From a virus: a DNA stretch of 64,000 nt. Positions 8,606 through 18,605 of this stretch are shown here, in pieces. The first letter of the stretch is position 1. Every line of letters starts with the position of its first letter. The notes below the pieces were generated by a model, which worked only from the letters and a program-made list of their open reading frames with translations, ran no database searches and was not told the DNA's origin. Both the position numbers and the translations under genes were made by a program. The stretch lies in IMG/VR virus record IMGVR_UViG_3300046780_000733; one strand, written 5' to 3'.

Positions 8606-11158
8606 TTATAACCCCATGTCGTTAAGGCTCGACGACGAACAGTCGGAAAAGAATGGCCACACGCCACCGCTCGCGGGCAGACTGGACATATCCCAACTCG
8701 TCACGATCGGGATCGCTAGCGCCGGTGATCCGCCCGTTGTAATCGCCGTCCACGGGACCGGGTAGAAGACATGGCGGAAATGGTAAAACGAGAGCGGAGA
8801 TTCCGCCGGGTCGAGCTGTTCGCACAAGAGCACAAAGCCCTTGTGTCCCGCCACGGGAACGATTGCGCACGTCTGCGCGGTGGCGGCCGATGTCCCCGCA
8901 GTCGGGACCGACGAGTAGATCCGTACCGGGGTGAAACTGTTCAGCGCCGAAGCGGCTGCCGAAAGGCTTACATCGGTGGCCGCGCTGTACTTGAGATCCG
9001 CGGTAGTGCCCCCGTACGCTTCCAAGGCACTCGTAATGAGGAAGTACGATCCGCTGTAGTTGAACAGCACGGGGGCTTCCCTGTTTGCAGAGCTGTTCAG
9101 GGTAATCGACGTACCGGTGAACGTCGTGCAGTCCGTGGTCGAGTCCAGCTTGCATGCCTTGATGTTGGTCTTGTTGTGGTTGTAGACGACCCATTTGGAA
9201 CCATCGACATCCGTGAAACCCGTCATGTCTTCGGTGAGGTCGCCAGTAGAGGGGACGACGGATGGATAGAGCCACGTCCATGGACCAAGTAGCGACGGCG
9301 ATGTAGCGCATGCCAGGAAGTGGAAGTTGGACTGGAAATCCGACTCGAACCAGGCGACATATGTCCTGTTGGGATCGACAGGGCTGGAATTTTTGAAGAT
9401 TGCCGGCCTGTAAAACCTGCCAATCCAGGCGTTGCTGGCAGTGCGCCAACCGCCATGCATCGGCGAGTTAATCGTTACCCGGCCCTGGCAATGCCAGTTA
9501 AACAGGTCTGTGCTGGAGTAGAGCCACTGGCCGTACATCCCGTGCTTGGACGAGATGTTCGCGGTGTTGTAGTCCAGCCCGTACATATAGTACGTGCCTG
9601 CTTCGTAGTAGAGGTACGGGTAATGGGCCTCGATCAGAATTCCACGGTCATCGTAGAGGTCTTCCGCCCAGTTGTTCGAGGTGCCGTATCCGTGCACTCC
9701 AGTATCAGGGATAGACTGAACCGGGCACGTAAAAACCCCGGTCGTCACGTCGCTGGTAGTCGTCGTTCCGCTGGCGTGATAGCTGATTGCCTTCACCGTT
9801 GTTACGGCGTTGCTCGGTAGGGTGATAGCTCCGCTGTAGAGCGTCGAACTTGTCGTGGGAGTGCTGCCGTCGGTCGTATAGTAGATGCTAGCGCCGCTCG
9901 TTGGAGTCGTGATCGTGACCGTTGAGCCGTTGGCGAACTTGCCTGCGGCCGGCGCGATAGCGGGCCGAACCGGCTTCCAGGTCGTGGAGCCGGCAAGTTG
10001 GCCCTCGAAACGAAGTTCTGAGATCCGGCAATGGTTGCTGATGTTGCGGGCGCGAAAATACCGATACGCCGAGCCCGCCGTGATCGGGATGGGCATCATG
10101 TTGTAACGCATGATGGCCTCGACGTAACTTGTTCCGAGCAACGTCCACGGTCCCGACGACGAGTTCGCCCCCTCGATCTGAATGGCAGCCAGGGTGTACT
10201 CGAACCAGCCATCCGTTTCCGGACTGATGAGAACGCGAGTCAGAGTAGCCGTGCTGCTCGCGCCCAAGTCAAGCTGAGCCCACGCATCGTAAGCGGCTGT
10301 AGAAACATAGGCCGTGTCATAGTTTCCGTCGCTGATGTTGGCAATGGCGGTGCCAGTATCGACCCCCGTGTATGTCCCCATGAGTTCGGCCGAGTTGCCC
10401 GGCGTCCACGTGGGTAGCGAGCCAAGAGACGGGACAGACGGCGTGTCCTGGAATAAGCAATCATCTAGATAGACCGGCTGGCCCGTGGAGACGAAGCCGC
10501 CGAACACGGCATAGTAACCGCCTCCCACCCACCATGATGCCGTGCCAGGTGCGTCACGATAGGAGAAGCAAGGCGTGAGGACTCCCGCGTTAACCCATGT
10601 GCCGGCGCTCGAAAGCCAATTGCTGTCGGATGTCCTCTGGATGGCTACCGTGAGTTCTCGGAATCCTAGTAGCGCGCCTTCGTTGTAGAGGTCGCGTGCA
10701 TACAGGATGATGCGATACCAGTTGGAGGTATCCCAGAGCGCCCCGTAGGAGGCCGGCTTGAACGTATTCAGCGTCGAGGTGGTCCCGTCAGGATTATTCC
10801 TTTTCAGCACGATTCCTGCGTCACTCGTATAGAACCCTACGATGAGTTCGTAACTCTTTGGCTGCGTCGCACCCGATGGGTCACTCTGGGCATTTATATA
10901 GACAGCCGCATCCGAGAAGGTGGTGCGCGACGTAGTGAAATGGGCCTTGCATTCGGCCCAGACCAGGCCGTTGTTTGAATCGATCAGGGACGAGTTCCAG
11001 CCCCAGACATAGACGTTGCTGCCGGTCAACTTGAGCGAATTTGACCCCGAGAACGACGTGTCGTTGGACACCGCGCACGTACCATTGGCCGAAGTCCAGC
11101 CAGTTGGCAAACTACCCAGTGATGTGGATTCAAAATCTTCATTGAGATAGGTAGCCAA
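8606..11158 (-). CDS. Multidomain virion glycoside hydrolase: lectin/discoidin, Fn3-associated, GH43-like propeller
   Basis: WAQLDLG..YRYFR (discoidin-like); ASIYYTTDGSTPTTSSTLYSG (Fn3-associated); IEAH..YYMYG, YSSTDLFNW, GPW, DMTGFTDVDG, REAPVLF (GH43). Confidence 0.75.
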   Translation of the reverse strand: MATYLNEDFESTSLGSLPTGWTSANGTCAVSNDTSFSGSNSLKLTGSNVYVWGWNSSLIDSNNGLVWAECKAHFTTSRTTFSDAAVYINAQSDPSGATQPKSYELIVGFYTSDAGIVLKRNNPDGTTSTLNTFKPASYGALWDTSNWYRIILYARDLYNEGALLGFRELTVAIQRTSDSNWLSSAGTWVNAGVLTPCFSYRDAPGTASWWVGGGYYAVFGGFVSTGQPVYLDDCLFQDTPSVPSLGSLPTWTPGNSAELMGTYTGVDTGTAIANISDGNYDTAYVSTAAYDAWAQLDLGASSTATLTRVLISPETDGWFEYTLAAIQIEGANSSSGPWTLLGTSYVEAIMRYNMMPIPITAGSAYRYFRARNISNHCRISELRFEGQLAGSTTWKPVRPAIAPAAGKFANGSTVTITTPTSGASIYYTTDGSTPTTSSTLYSGAITLPSNAVTTVKAISYHASGTTTTSDVTTGVFTCPVQSIPDTGVHGYGTSNNWAEDLYDDRGILIEAHYPYLYYEAGTYYMYGLDYNTANISSKHGMYGQWLYSSTDLFNWHCQGRVTINSPMHGGWRTASNAWIGRFYRPAIFKNSSPVDPNRTYVAWFESDFQSNFHFLACATSPSLLGPWTWLYPSVVPSTGDLTEDMTGFTDVDGSKWVVYNHNKTNIKACKLDSTTDCTTFTGTSITLNSSANREAPVLFNYSGSYFLITSALEAYGGTTADLKYSAATDVSLSAAASALNSFTPVRIYSSVPTAGTSAATAQTCAIVPVAGHKGFVLLCEQLDPAESPLSFYHFRHVFYPVPWTAITTGGSPALAIPIVTSWDMSSLPASGGVWPFFSDCSSSSLNDMGL

Positions 11159-11168
11159 GAATCAATCC

Positions 11169-14100
11169 TCACTGTGGTACAAGAATCGCGCCCTCGCCGT
11201 TGCGTAGCGAGATCGAAGTAATAACCGTCGAGTCAAGCGACCCGTCGAAAAGAACTTGCTTGAATCCGGCAGAATGCTCAGCCGTCAAGCTCAAGCTGAC
11301 GGCACTCGTGTTGCCCATCGGGGCACCCATGGCGAGTGCTTGCGCTGCGGCGTAAGGGCGGAAGAGAATTGTGGCGTTGGCATAATGACGGATCATCACC
11401 TTGTAGGTGCTGACACCATCGTAGGGATCAATGCCCGTCGCCCATACCTTGGGTCCAATGTTATCGCCCGCAATCAGGGGTGTGCCTCCAGTCGTTTCCG
11501 TGAGGGCGCCCACGTTAAAGGCGGTCGCACGCGCTGTTACGGGTTGGACCGGTGTAGAAGCCGTGGCGTTGAACGGCACCAGATAACTCGACGGCGTAGC
11601 CACGCAGTAGTAATAGGCCGCTGTGGACACCTGGAGACGACGATCTTGATACAGCGCCAGACCGGTCCAGAGAGCCGTTGGCGTACTATGCACGTGGTAG
11701 GAGTAGAGGATTCCAGCCGCATCCATTCCTGAAATTACAAACGCATCTCCGGCTGTGGGTGCCTGAGACCAGGGTGTGCTGAATCCGAACGTTCTGGTGG
11801 ACGGCGTGTAGGTCGTGATCTGGTTGGGGCCTGACGAAGCCAGCACGCCCGATGTGAACTGCATGTAGGCCGTAGCGTACGTTTTTACGTTATCCAGATC
11901 AGACGAGCCGACAAACGACGACGACGTAGGACTTCCTGTCACAGTTCCGGGTGCCTCGAAAAGCGAGTCCTCTGACTTCGAGCCCGGCAGGCAGATGCAA
12001 TCTCCACCATGATAGGACGTGTCGGTCAAGAGAACCGTGCGATTTGTCCCCATGGCCGTCGCGTTATCGAAGAGAGGTCGCAGCAACTGTTCACGCCAGA
12101 GCGCTGGGCAGCGAGTAGCTACGCCGATGTCATTGAGTGTTCCACCGCCCATCACGTTAGCCACGCAGAACGACAGAGAGCCTCCAGAGACCGCACAGAC
12201 TTGCCAGACTCGCATGCACGCCGAGCCATGATCGGCCAGCATCCAGTCCCACGGCTCGACGGTCGAGAACCGACCCCGCCAACCCTGCATGGTTCCTGGA
12301 CCGTAGTTGTACGTAGCATTGTCGATGAAAAGTCCGGTCGCGCCATTGCTGGTGGCGATGGCTCCCATGTAGCTGGCCACCCAGTCGCGGTACGCCGACT
12401 CGGACATATTGGTCACGGGCTCGCCGTCGCCATAGGCCGTGTTCAGTCGCGACCAGTAGTTGAACCGCGCGTCCATGCCGGATCGGCGGTTGGCGTACTC
12501 GGTGTCATTCAGGTAGCCATCTCCGTTGGCGTCGGCCTGATTGTCGAATACTGGCACGATAGCATTGGAAGAAGCCTTGGTCCCCAGGTAGTCTTCGGCG
12601 TAGACGGCAGACGTCGAGGGCGTGGTGCCCGTATGCGTCGTCCTAATCCTGATCCATTGCAGGTAGTCTGTACGACCGTCCGGAGAACTGCCTGCCCAGT
12701 CCGAGGGAGGTTCAAAGCTGATCGTGCCCGAAGTCGTCAAACCGGATGTTCCATCCGTTGTCGGTGTGATCGTGCCCCACGAGGTGGGCACGCTGCTTCC
12801 ATCAACGGCGTTGGGATACTCGATCACGTATGTCCAACCACCAGAGGCCGGAGTCACCATCGTCAGGATGATCTGGCGGAACCGCTCGGTGTAGCCGATG
12901 GCCAGGTAGTCATTGACGCTGGCTGCGAAAGTCTGTGTGCTGGTCAGCCGATATTTGCCAACGGCGGGAGAGTCGGGGTCATGGAGCAGTTCCGTGTACG
13001 GACCCGCGCCCGTCTTCAGGTAGCAGCCCCAGAACGAGCTAGCGCGATGAACCGTGCTGGCGTAAGTGTAGGTCTGGGCGAACGGCGTGCAGACGTGCAG
13101 AAAGCCCAGTTCTCGCGATACGCTGTTGGCGTCGGCGTAGCGGTTCCAATCCCACAAAAAGAACGAGTACAGATTATTGACATTCGTGTATATGATCGTG
13201 CCAATCCTGGAGACGCTGGCCGCATCGCACCAGCCATTGACCACGCTCGGAGTGACCTTGCCAACAGTAGTGGTGCATTCGGCCCAGCTAACGTCGTTGA
13301 GAACAGCGGCCTGCATGCTGGAATCCGGCGACGATTCCGACGTGACTCCCAGTTTGACCCACGAGTGGCGTGCCGGCAGAGAAGGCACGGTTACTGATGC
13401 CGATGCCCCGTTGCTGACCGTCAAAGACACAGGAGCCGAATCTTGCCAGTTGCCGTTGGCGTCGTAAGCGCGGGCGGCCAGCGTGTGAGTTCCGTCAAGC
13501 CACCGCAGTGTATCGATGTTGCAGGACCACGGAGACTGGAATCTAATGTTGCCGAAATTGATCGTGAACCCGTTGGCCACGACAGGATCAAGCGCGTACA
13601 TGACTTGCGTGATCGCGGACCCTGAGCCTCCAGTCGCGGAAACTGTAGCCGCTATAGTTCCGGAAACAGTCCCTGCCGACGGAGCCGTGAGGCTGATCGT
13701 AGGTCTCACGTCCGTCCCGGTGATGTCGATGGCCGTGAACGTGTCCAGATAGGCCGTCTGGGTGGCGGAGAAGGAACATATGCCGCACGCAGTTCCTGTC
13801 GTGATCGAGCTGTCGTAGATGTCTAGAACGGCCGTCCGCAAGGGCAGCATGTTGCTCTGTGTGATCCAGCGATTGCCGTTGGAGTACCAGAAGAAATAGG
13901 CTTTGAGATGAGTACCGACTGCCTCGAATTCAACGCGCAACCATGTCGTATCTGTGCCGACAAAGGCTTGGGATTGGTCACAGCCGAAGATTGCAAGCTG
14001 AGTACGGACCCCGGCGACCACCTTGGAGATGCGAATGACAGGCGAACCAGAGGCTATTTCGGCCGCATAAAAGGTCGGCGTTGTCGTATTGATGCCGGTT

Positions 14101-15011
14101 CCGCGGACGAACACTCCGGCATAGGCCCCCGTGGCGTGGCAGTTGACAGTGGCCATCTGATTGACCGTCGATAGCGTGGTGAGACCGGCCCACGCGCTGG
14201 TATGGTCCGTAAAGCTGATGCCGTTGGTGCCGTCGTAGGCCCTCGTGGTTTGGACCAGCCAGCCTCCACCACTTCCCGTGGATGTATTGCCCACCCAACC
14301 CGACGGTAACTGGCCGATCGTATCAGAGTCGAAATTCTCCATGTACGCAGCACTGGCCGCGTACGGCAGCGTGGCCGGATCTGTCAGACCTCCACTGTTG
14401 GTGGTGCCGATCGTATAAGATCCACCCGACGGAGCCGTGTAGGTGAATGTGGCCGACCGCGATGCGTTGGTAAGGGTAACGGTGGTCGGACTGAATGTGC
14501 CGCCGCCGCTGCTATCATTGGGAGTCACCGTCACAGGGGAGGCCAGCGTACCAGCGCCAAGGGTAGCGGTGAAATTGGATGAGGCCGATCCGATCGGACC
14601 TGTGGAAGGTCCGATGAGCGTGTACAAGGTGACCACGCCTCCGGACGTGGTGGCCGAAGCCGTACTTGAGAACGCCGAACTCCCGGCTCCGTTAAAGGCG
14701 CTAACGCGATAGTAATAAGTGGTCGCGCTCGCAAGCCCAGTGTCGGAAAACGACGTGGCATTTACCCCAACTGTCGTCAGGTTCGACCATGTCGAACCGT
14801 CCGGTGAACGCTGGATCTGGAATCCCGTCTCATTGCTGGAGTTGTCGATCCAGGAGAGATCGATCTCCGATGTGGATGCAGTGCTCGCGGATAGCCCTGA
14901 TGGCGCAGTAGGGATCGTCCCCGACGACAATAGAAACCGAATCCATCGTTTATTGACATACAAACGCAGCGGCATATCATCTCGTTGCTTCGGCTCAATA
15001 GCCGATGTCAC
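11169..15011 (-). CDS. Large virion protein: Fn3, lectin-like, Ig-like and putative TIM-barrel glycoside-hydrolase-like domains
   Basis: PTAPSGLSA..LSWIDNSSNETGFQIQRS..YYYRVSAFN (Fn3); DGTHTLAARAYDANGN (Ig); GLFIDNA and DANGDGYLNDTEY segments. Confidence 0.65.
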   Translation of the reverse strand: MTSAIEPKQRDDMPLRLYVNKRWIRFLLSSGTIPTAPSGLSASTASTSEIDLSWIDNSSNETGFQIQRSPDGSTWSNLTTVGVNATSFSDTGLASATTYYYRVSAFNGAGSSAFSSTASATTSGGVVTLYTLIGPSTGPIGSASSNFTATLGAGTLASPVTVTPNDSSGGGTFSPTTVTLTNASRSATFTYTAPSGGSYTIGTTNSGGLTDPATLPYAASAAYMENFDSDTIGQLPSGWVGNTSTGSGGGWLVQTTRAYDGTNGISFTDHTSAWAGLTTLSTVNQMATVNCHATGAYAGVFVRGTGINTTTPTFYAAEIASGSPVIRISKVVAGVRTQLAIFGCDQSQAFVGTDTTWLRVEFEAVGTHLKAYFFWYSNGNRWITQSNMLPLRTAVLDIYDSSITTGTACGICSFSATQTAYLDTFTAIDITGTDVRPTISLTAPSAGTVSGTIAATVSATGGSGSAITQVMYALDPVVANGFTINFGNIRFQSPWSCNIDTLRWLDGTHTLAARAYDANGNWQDSAPVSLTVSNGASASVTVPSLPARHSWVKLGVTSESSPDSSMQAAVLNDVSWAECTTTVGKVTPSVVNGWCDAASVSRIGTIIYTNVNNLYSFFLWDWNRYADANSVSRELGFLHVCTPFAQTYTYASTVHRASSFWGCYLKTGAGPYTELLHDPDSPAVGKYRLTSTQTFAASVNDYLAIGYTERFRQIILTMVTPASGGWTYVIEYPNAVDGSSVPTSWGTITPTTDGTSGLTTSGTISFEPPSDWAGSSPDGRTDYLQWIRIRTTHTGTTPSTSAVYAEDYLGTKASSNAIVPVFDNQADANGDGYLNDTEYANRRSGMDARFNYWSRLNTAYGDGEPVTNMSESAYRDWVASYMGAIATSNGATGLFIDNATYNYGPGTMQGWRGRFSTVEPWDWMLADHGSACMRVWQVCAVSGGSLSFCVANVMGGGTLNDIGVATRCPALWREQLLRPLFDNATAMGTNRTVLLTDTSYHGGDCICLPGSKSEDSLFEAPGTVTGSPTSSSFVGSSDLDNVKTYATAYMQFTSGVLASSGPNQITTYTPSTRTFGFSTPWSQAPTAGDAFVISGMDAAGILYSYHVHSTPTALWTGLALYQDRRLQVSTAAYYYCVATPSSYLVPFNATASTPVQPVTARATAFNVGALTETTGGTPLIAGDNIGPKVWATGIDPYDGVSTYKVMIRHYANATILFRPYAAAQALAMGAPMGNTSAVSLSLTAEHSAGFKQVLFDGSLDSTVITSISLRNGEGAILVPQ

Positions 15012-15015
15012 GCGT

Positions 15016-15429
15016 TCACTGGATCGCGCCCAACCTAGTCATGACACGCAAATAATTGTTCATCTTGCCGGGATTGGTGATCTTCCCGTTCGCGTAGTAG
15101 TAGTAGGTGTCGCCGATCAACGGGTCCGTGTACTTGAACCTCAGCACCTTGTTATTGGGCAACTTCGACGAGATCGGGAACAGGATCAACGCGATCGTCA
15201 GGTCCTCGGAGAACTCCTGGCCCGGCGCCCGCTGCGACTCCTGCTCGCAGATCCGACATCGCAGCGCCGTGTAGCCGTCCCCGGGCAACGGCACCCAGAT
15301 CGGTGCCACCATGCCCTCGAAGTCAGCCTGAGAGCCATCGGCGTTCGAGTCGTATTCGACCGCGACCACCGAATTGAACCACTTCTCGATGTCGGCCGGA
15401 ATGGTGGATGTGATCACGGGAAATTCCAA
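15016..15429 (-). CDS. Putative head-closure (stopper) protein
   Basis: 137 aa, beta-rich, ends ITNPGKMNNYLRVMT; follows the adaptor downstream of the capsid gene. Confidence 0.5.
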   Translation of the reverse strand: MEFPVITSTIPADIEKWFNSVVAVEYDSNADGSQADFEGMVAPIWVPLPGDGYTALRCRICEQESQRAPGQEFSEDLTIALILFPISSKLPNNKVLRFKYTDPLIGDTYYYYANGKITNPGKMNNYLRVMTRLGAIQ

Positions 15430-16271
15430 CTCAGAGTCGATGTGTCAGCGGGGAGCACGGTGGGGCCACCGCAAACCTTGGCCTGGAACCCGAGATCAAT
15501 GGTCCCGCCACCGACGCGACCCGCCCCATACCCGTAGACTCTGAGGCACTTGGCCATCTTGTCGGTGCCGTACTTGCTCAGCCACTGGAGAGCGAACGGG
15601 TCTCGGCGAATCCGGTAGTCAGGGGTCTGCTCCTCGATCCCCTGCGTCAAGATCAAGATGAGCTGCCCAGACATCCAGACCAGAAACTCGGCCTCCGCGA
15701 TGTCCATCAACTCCTGCCACTTGGCCGGCGTGACGAGATTGATGTCGGCGTCCGAAGGCGAGATCGGGTCAATGGGACCCAACCCCATGAAGGCCAGCGC
15801 ACGCGAGAATGGGTCGTCGAACTGACTGATCGGACTCCCAGCGTCAAGCGTGATCGAAACCCGCGCCGCCGCCGCCCCAACCCTCTTCAGCAACCCCTGG
15901 TCGGCCAACGCCCTCGTGAATGGCTGCGCAGCCGGCACCACCTGGCCCACGGGTGCCGCCAAAACCACCACCGACCCCGAACACAAACTAGCGGAGTTAT
16001 CGGCGAGCCTCGCCAAACAAGTGTACTGGCCGGGCCACAACCCCAGCGTCTGCGCCGAGGTGAACGGGAAAGCAACCAACCCCTGCGACCCGTTGTTCCA
16101 CGTCGGTGAGAACGTGAAACTGGGGGACTCGAACGCACTCCCCGGCCACACCGCACCGTACAAGGGCTCCGTGCCCGCGAATACCCCGATCGCAGGCGTC
16201 CCATCAGGGTTCAACGCCTGCTGGACCGTGGTCGCGGCCACACCCTGCACAATGGTGATCGGGAATCCCAT
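15414..16271 (-). CDS. Putative head-tail adaptor with N-terminal Ig-like domain
   Basis: Position after the capsid gene; beta-rich N half, helical C half. Confidence 0.45.
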   Translation of the reverse strand: MGFPITIVQGVAATTVQQALNPDGTPAIGVFAGTEPLYGAVWPGSAFESPSFTFSPTWNNGSQGLVAFPFTSAQTLGLWPGQYTCLARLADNSASLCSGSVVVLAAPVGQVVPAAQPFTRALADQGLLKRVGAAAARVSITLDAGSPISQFDDPFSRALAFMGLGPIDPISPSDADINLVTPAKWQELMDIAEAEFLVWMSGQLILILTQGIEEQTPDYRIRRDPFALQWLSKYGTDKMAKCLRVYGYGAGRVGGGTIDLGFQAKVCGGPTVLPADTSTLSWNFP

Positions 16272-16289
16272 CGAGTCTTCCCCCTAGAC

Positions 16290-16317
16290 AACCTTCCGGA
16301 ACGAATTCCGGAAGGTT
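16290..16317. repeat. 28-bp palindrome, copy 1 of 4
   Basis: AACCTTCCGGAA-CGAA-TTCCGGAAGGTT, intergenic; identical to 48336, reverse of 48409 and 59962. Confidence 0.95.
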
Positions 16318-16320
16318 AGA

Positions 16321-16590
16321 TTACTCTACGACCTCAACCACCACCCGCTTGATAGGGTCGTACCGCAGGCCAGGAATCCGATTGTTCTCGGCGTCAACCA
16401 CGATGAACACATTCCCCTGCCTCTTGACGATCTGGCCACCAGAACGCGTCTTGTCGGACCTGGGTCCGTCGTCACGCATCTGCAACGGAATCTCCGTGGC
16501 GTAGATCTTCGGCTGCACAGTCACGTCAGCCATCATCCCAATCTGATTGTCCGGAGGACTGTTCTCTACCATCTTGTCCTTAGCCATCAC
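16321..16590 (-). CDS. Hypothetical protein downstream of the capsid gene
   Basis: 89-aa ORF in operon direction with an AGGGG RBS. Confidence 0.55.
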   Translation of the reverse strand: MMAKDKMVENSPPDNQIGMMADVTVQPKIYATEIPLQMRDDGPRSDKTRSGGQIVKRQGNVFIVVDAENNRIPGLRYDPIKRVVVEVVE

Positions 16591-16732
16591 GATCCCCTAG
16601 AAAAAACCACGGCCGCAAACAAACGGCTCTCAATGTAAGTGAAGATTTGGAACCGGGGAAAAGGAGTTTCCTTTTATGCCCTCTATGTGTGGTTCATTCT
16701 GAAATCGAAATCAACGGCGCAGAGAGGGTTCA

Positions 16733-17416
16733 ATGTCGTACAGTGACAAGCAGGTCGAAAGGAAACAATTCTACGTGGACGTGTTTGGAGGGGGGTGCCA
16801 GGAGTGCGGGTACAACACATGCCTTCGAGCGCTTCAGTTTCATCATGTGGACAAATCGGAGAAGGAGTTGTGGTCTGGAAAAGACAAGTACGCCGCGTCA
16901 TACGAGGAGATCAATCATCACCCAGAGCGATTCAAACTCCTGTGTGCCAACTGCCACATCGCACTACATGACGCTGAAGACAAGGAAAAAAACACGAGGC
17001 AATGCGTCTACTGTGGAAATGACTTTCTGGTCAAAAACGAAGACAAGGAAAGGGGGCATGGCAGACTGTGTTCCAAGAAATGCCAGCATGCCGACAGAAG
17101 GAAATCAAGTGGAGAACCCGAGTCCGTCAAAAAACGCATCGAGGCCAACATAGTCAAGGATGACAACGGATGCTGGCTCTGGCAGGGACACATCTACAAA
17201 GGCCACTTTTCTCCGCACATGGCCTACACGCATCCAGATCGCAAGCGAAGAATGTTCTGCTCAGTTCGCACCATGTCTCTGTTCGCCTACAAGGGACTTC
17301 CAATAGAAAAACCCCGCAGAGCCATGATGGCCTGCGGGGTGAACATTTGCGTGAACCCTGATCACATGAAAGTGTTCGAGGGCAAAGCATCAAGACACAT
17401 AAGTGTCATCCAATGA
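16733..17416 (+). CDS. HNH endonuclease with extra zinc fingers, antisense insertion
   Basis: CQECGY..ALQFHHVD..LLCANCHIALH; CVYC..CSKKC; CWLWQG..CVNPDH. Confidence 0.8.
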   Translation: MSYSDKQVERKQFYVDVFGGGCQECGYNTCLRALQFHHVDKSEKELWSGKDKYAASYEEINHHPERFKLLCANCHIALHDAEDKEKNTRQCVYCGNDFLVKNEDKERGHGRLCSKKCQHADRRKSSGEPESVKKRIEANIVKDDNGCWLWQGHIYKGHFSPHMAYTHPDRKRRMFCSVRTMSLFAYKGLPIEKPRRAMMACGVNICVNPDHMKVFEGKASRHISVIQ

Positions 17417-18527
17417 TGCTTGTGATGGTCGGCGCGGTGTAAGTCGTTGAGCTGCCTTGCAATACGGCACCGTTCGTTCTGTGCCAAATCCCGACCCCGA
17501 ACTCCCTCTCATAGTGGCGCGCCCGCAGAGGATACTTCTCATCCTCTGCGGTGAGGGTAAGGATGCCGGAGCCGGCGGTGCGCTCTCGCAGACGGCAGGG
17601 CTTGGGCTGGCCCTGAACGAAGCAGAAGTAGTACTGGGCGGGAATCCACGGCTTCACCCACACCTCGGCGCCATCGAAGATCCCGATGGCCCGGTTGTAG
17701 ATGTTGGTCGGGATCAAGGGCGTGCCAGGGGCCTGAGCCGCGCTGGTCGCACCCACGATGCGAGCGTCGAGGTAAGCGGTGAACCCGGTGAGGGTCCGGA
17801 GCAGGGCTTCCTGGGCTCGGTTGCAGTAGATGACAGGCGACCCACCGGCGTAGTGCTCCACGACTGTGGTCACGAGGCTGGTGAGGTCGGCGGCGGACGC
17901 GTCGGTGCCGCTGGTGCTGCCCAGGTAGTGGGTGTGGGTGGCGGGGTTGAAGGTCTCGCCGTTGGGGCCGACGGGGATCTCTCCGCTGTCCGCGTTCACG
18001 AGTGCCTTGACGGGCAGGTAGACGCCGGAGCCGAGGGTACGGCCCAGGTTGTCAACGAGGTAGTCGTTCCACCCGTAGTTGGTGCCGGTGAAGAGCGCGG
18101 TCTTGATCTGGACCCCGACGTTCACGATGTCCGCGGTGAACATCGAGGTGATCTGGGCCGCGAACTCAGCCACGGTGGCGCTGAGGAAATACTTCCGGTT
18201 CCACTGGAGCGTGCCCAGGTAGGAACGGAGCGGGAACCCGACCATCGAGCCCGCACGAACCCGCTGGGGCCGAGCGAACCCGTTTTCGTCGTGCTCCTCC
18301 ATGGACATCGAGACGCCGCTACCGTAGCGTGCCAACCGCTCCGTGGTACGCTCGACGAGGTCGTCTTGCATATCCATCAAGTTGCGGTTGTGGGCGTCGA
18401 GTAGGTTCTGGAAGTCCTCGAAGGCTCGGTCCTCGCCGTACTGAGCAACGGTCTGCATGTTGCTGGCGAGAGTATCAATCGTTTGCAGACCACCAACCGC
18501 TGCGAAAGCCAAAGCATCCCCCTTCAC
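17406..18527 (-). CDS. Major capsid protein (probable start TTG at 18512)
   Basis: About 370 aa after scaffold and decoration genes; VGFPL, EVWVKPW.P..Y, REFGVG.W.R.NG motifs. Confidence 0.75.
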   Translation of the reverse strand: MKGDALAFAAVGGLQTIDTLASNMQTVAQYGEDRAFEDFQNLLDAHNRNLMDMQDDLVERTTERLARYGSGVSMSMEEHDENGFARPQRVRAGSMVGFPLRSYLGTLQWNRKYFLSATVAEFAAQITSMFTADIVNVGVQIKTALFTGTNYGWNDYLVDNLGRTLGSGVYLPVKALVNADSGEIPVGPNGETFNPATHTHYLGSTSGTDASAADLTSLVTTVVEHYAGGSPVIYCNRAQEALLRTLTGFTAYLDARIVGATSAAQAPGTPLIPTNIYNRAIGIFDGAEVWVKPWIPAQYYFCFVQGQPKPCRLRERTAGSGILTLTAEDEKYPLRARHYEREFGVGIWHRTNGAVLQGSSTTYTAPTITSIIG

Positions 18528-18605
18528 GGTGGTGAGCCGTGATGAATGTCAATCGATGTGTTTTCTGAACAACAGCCGAAATGAATCAAGAAATGAGACT
18601 GCGAA

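Noticed and set aside
6501-18404. Long plus-strand ORFs 6501-7982, 12009-13397 and 17457-18404
   Set aside because: Antisense shadows of well-supported GC-rich genes.
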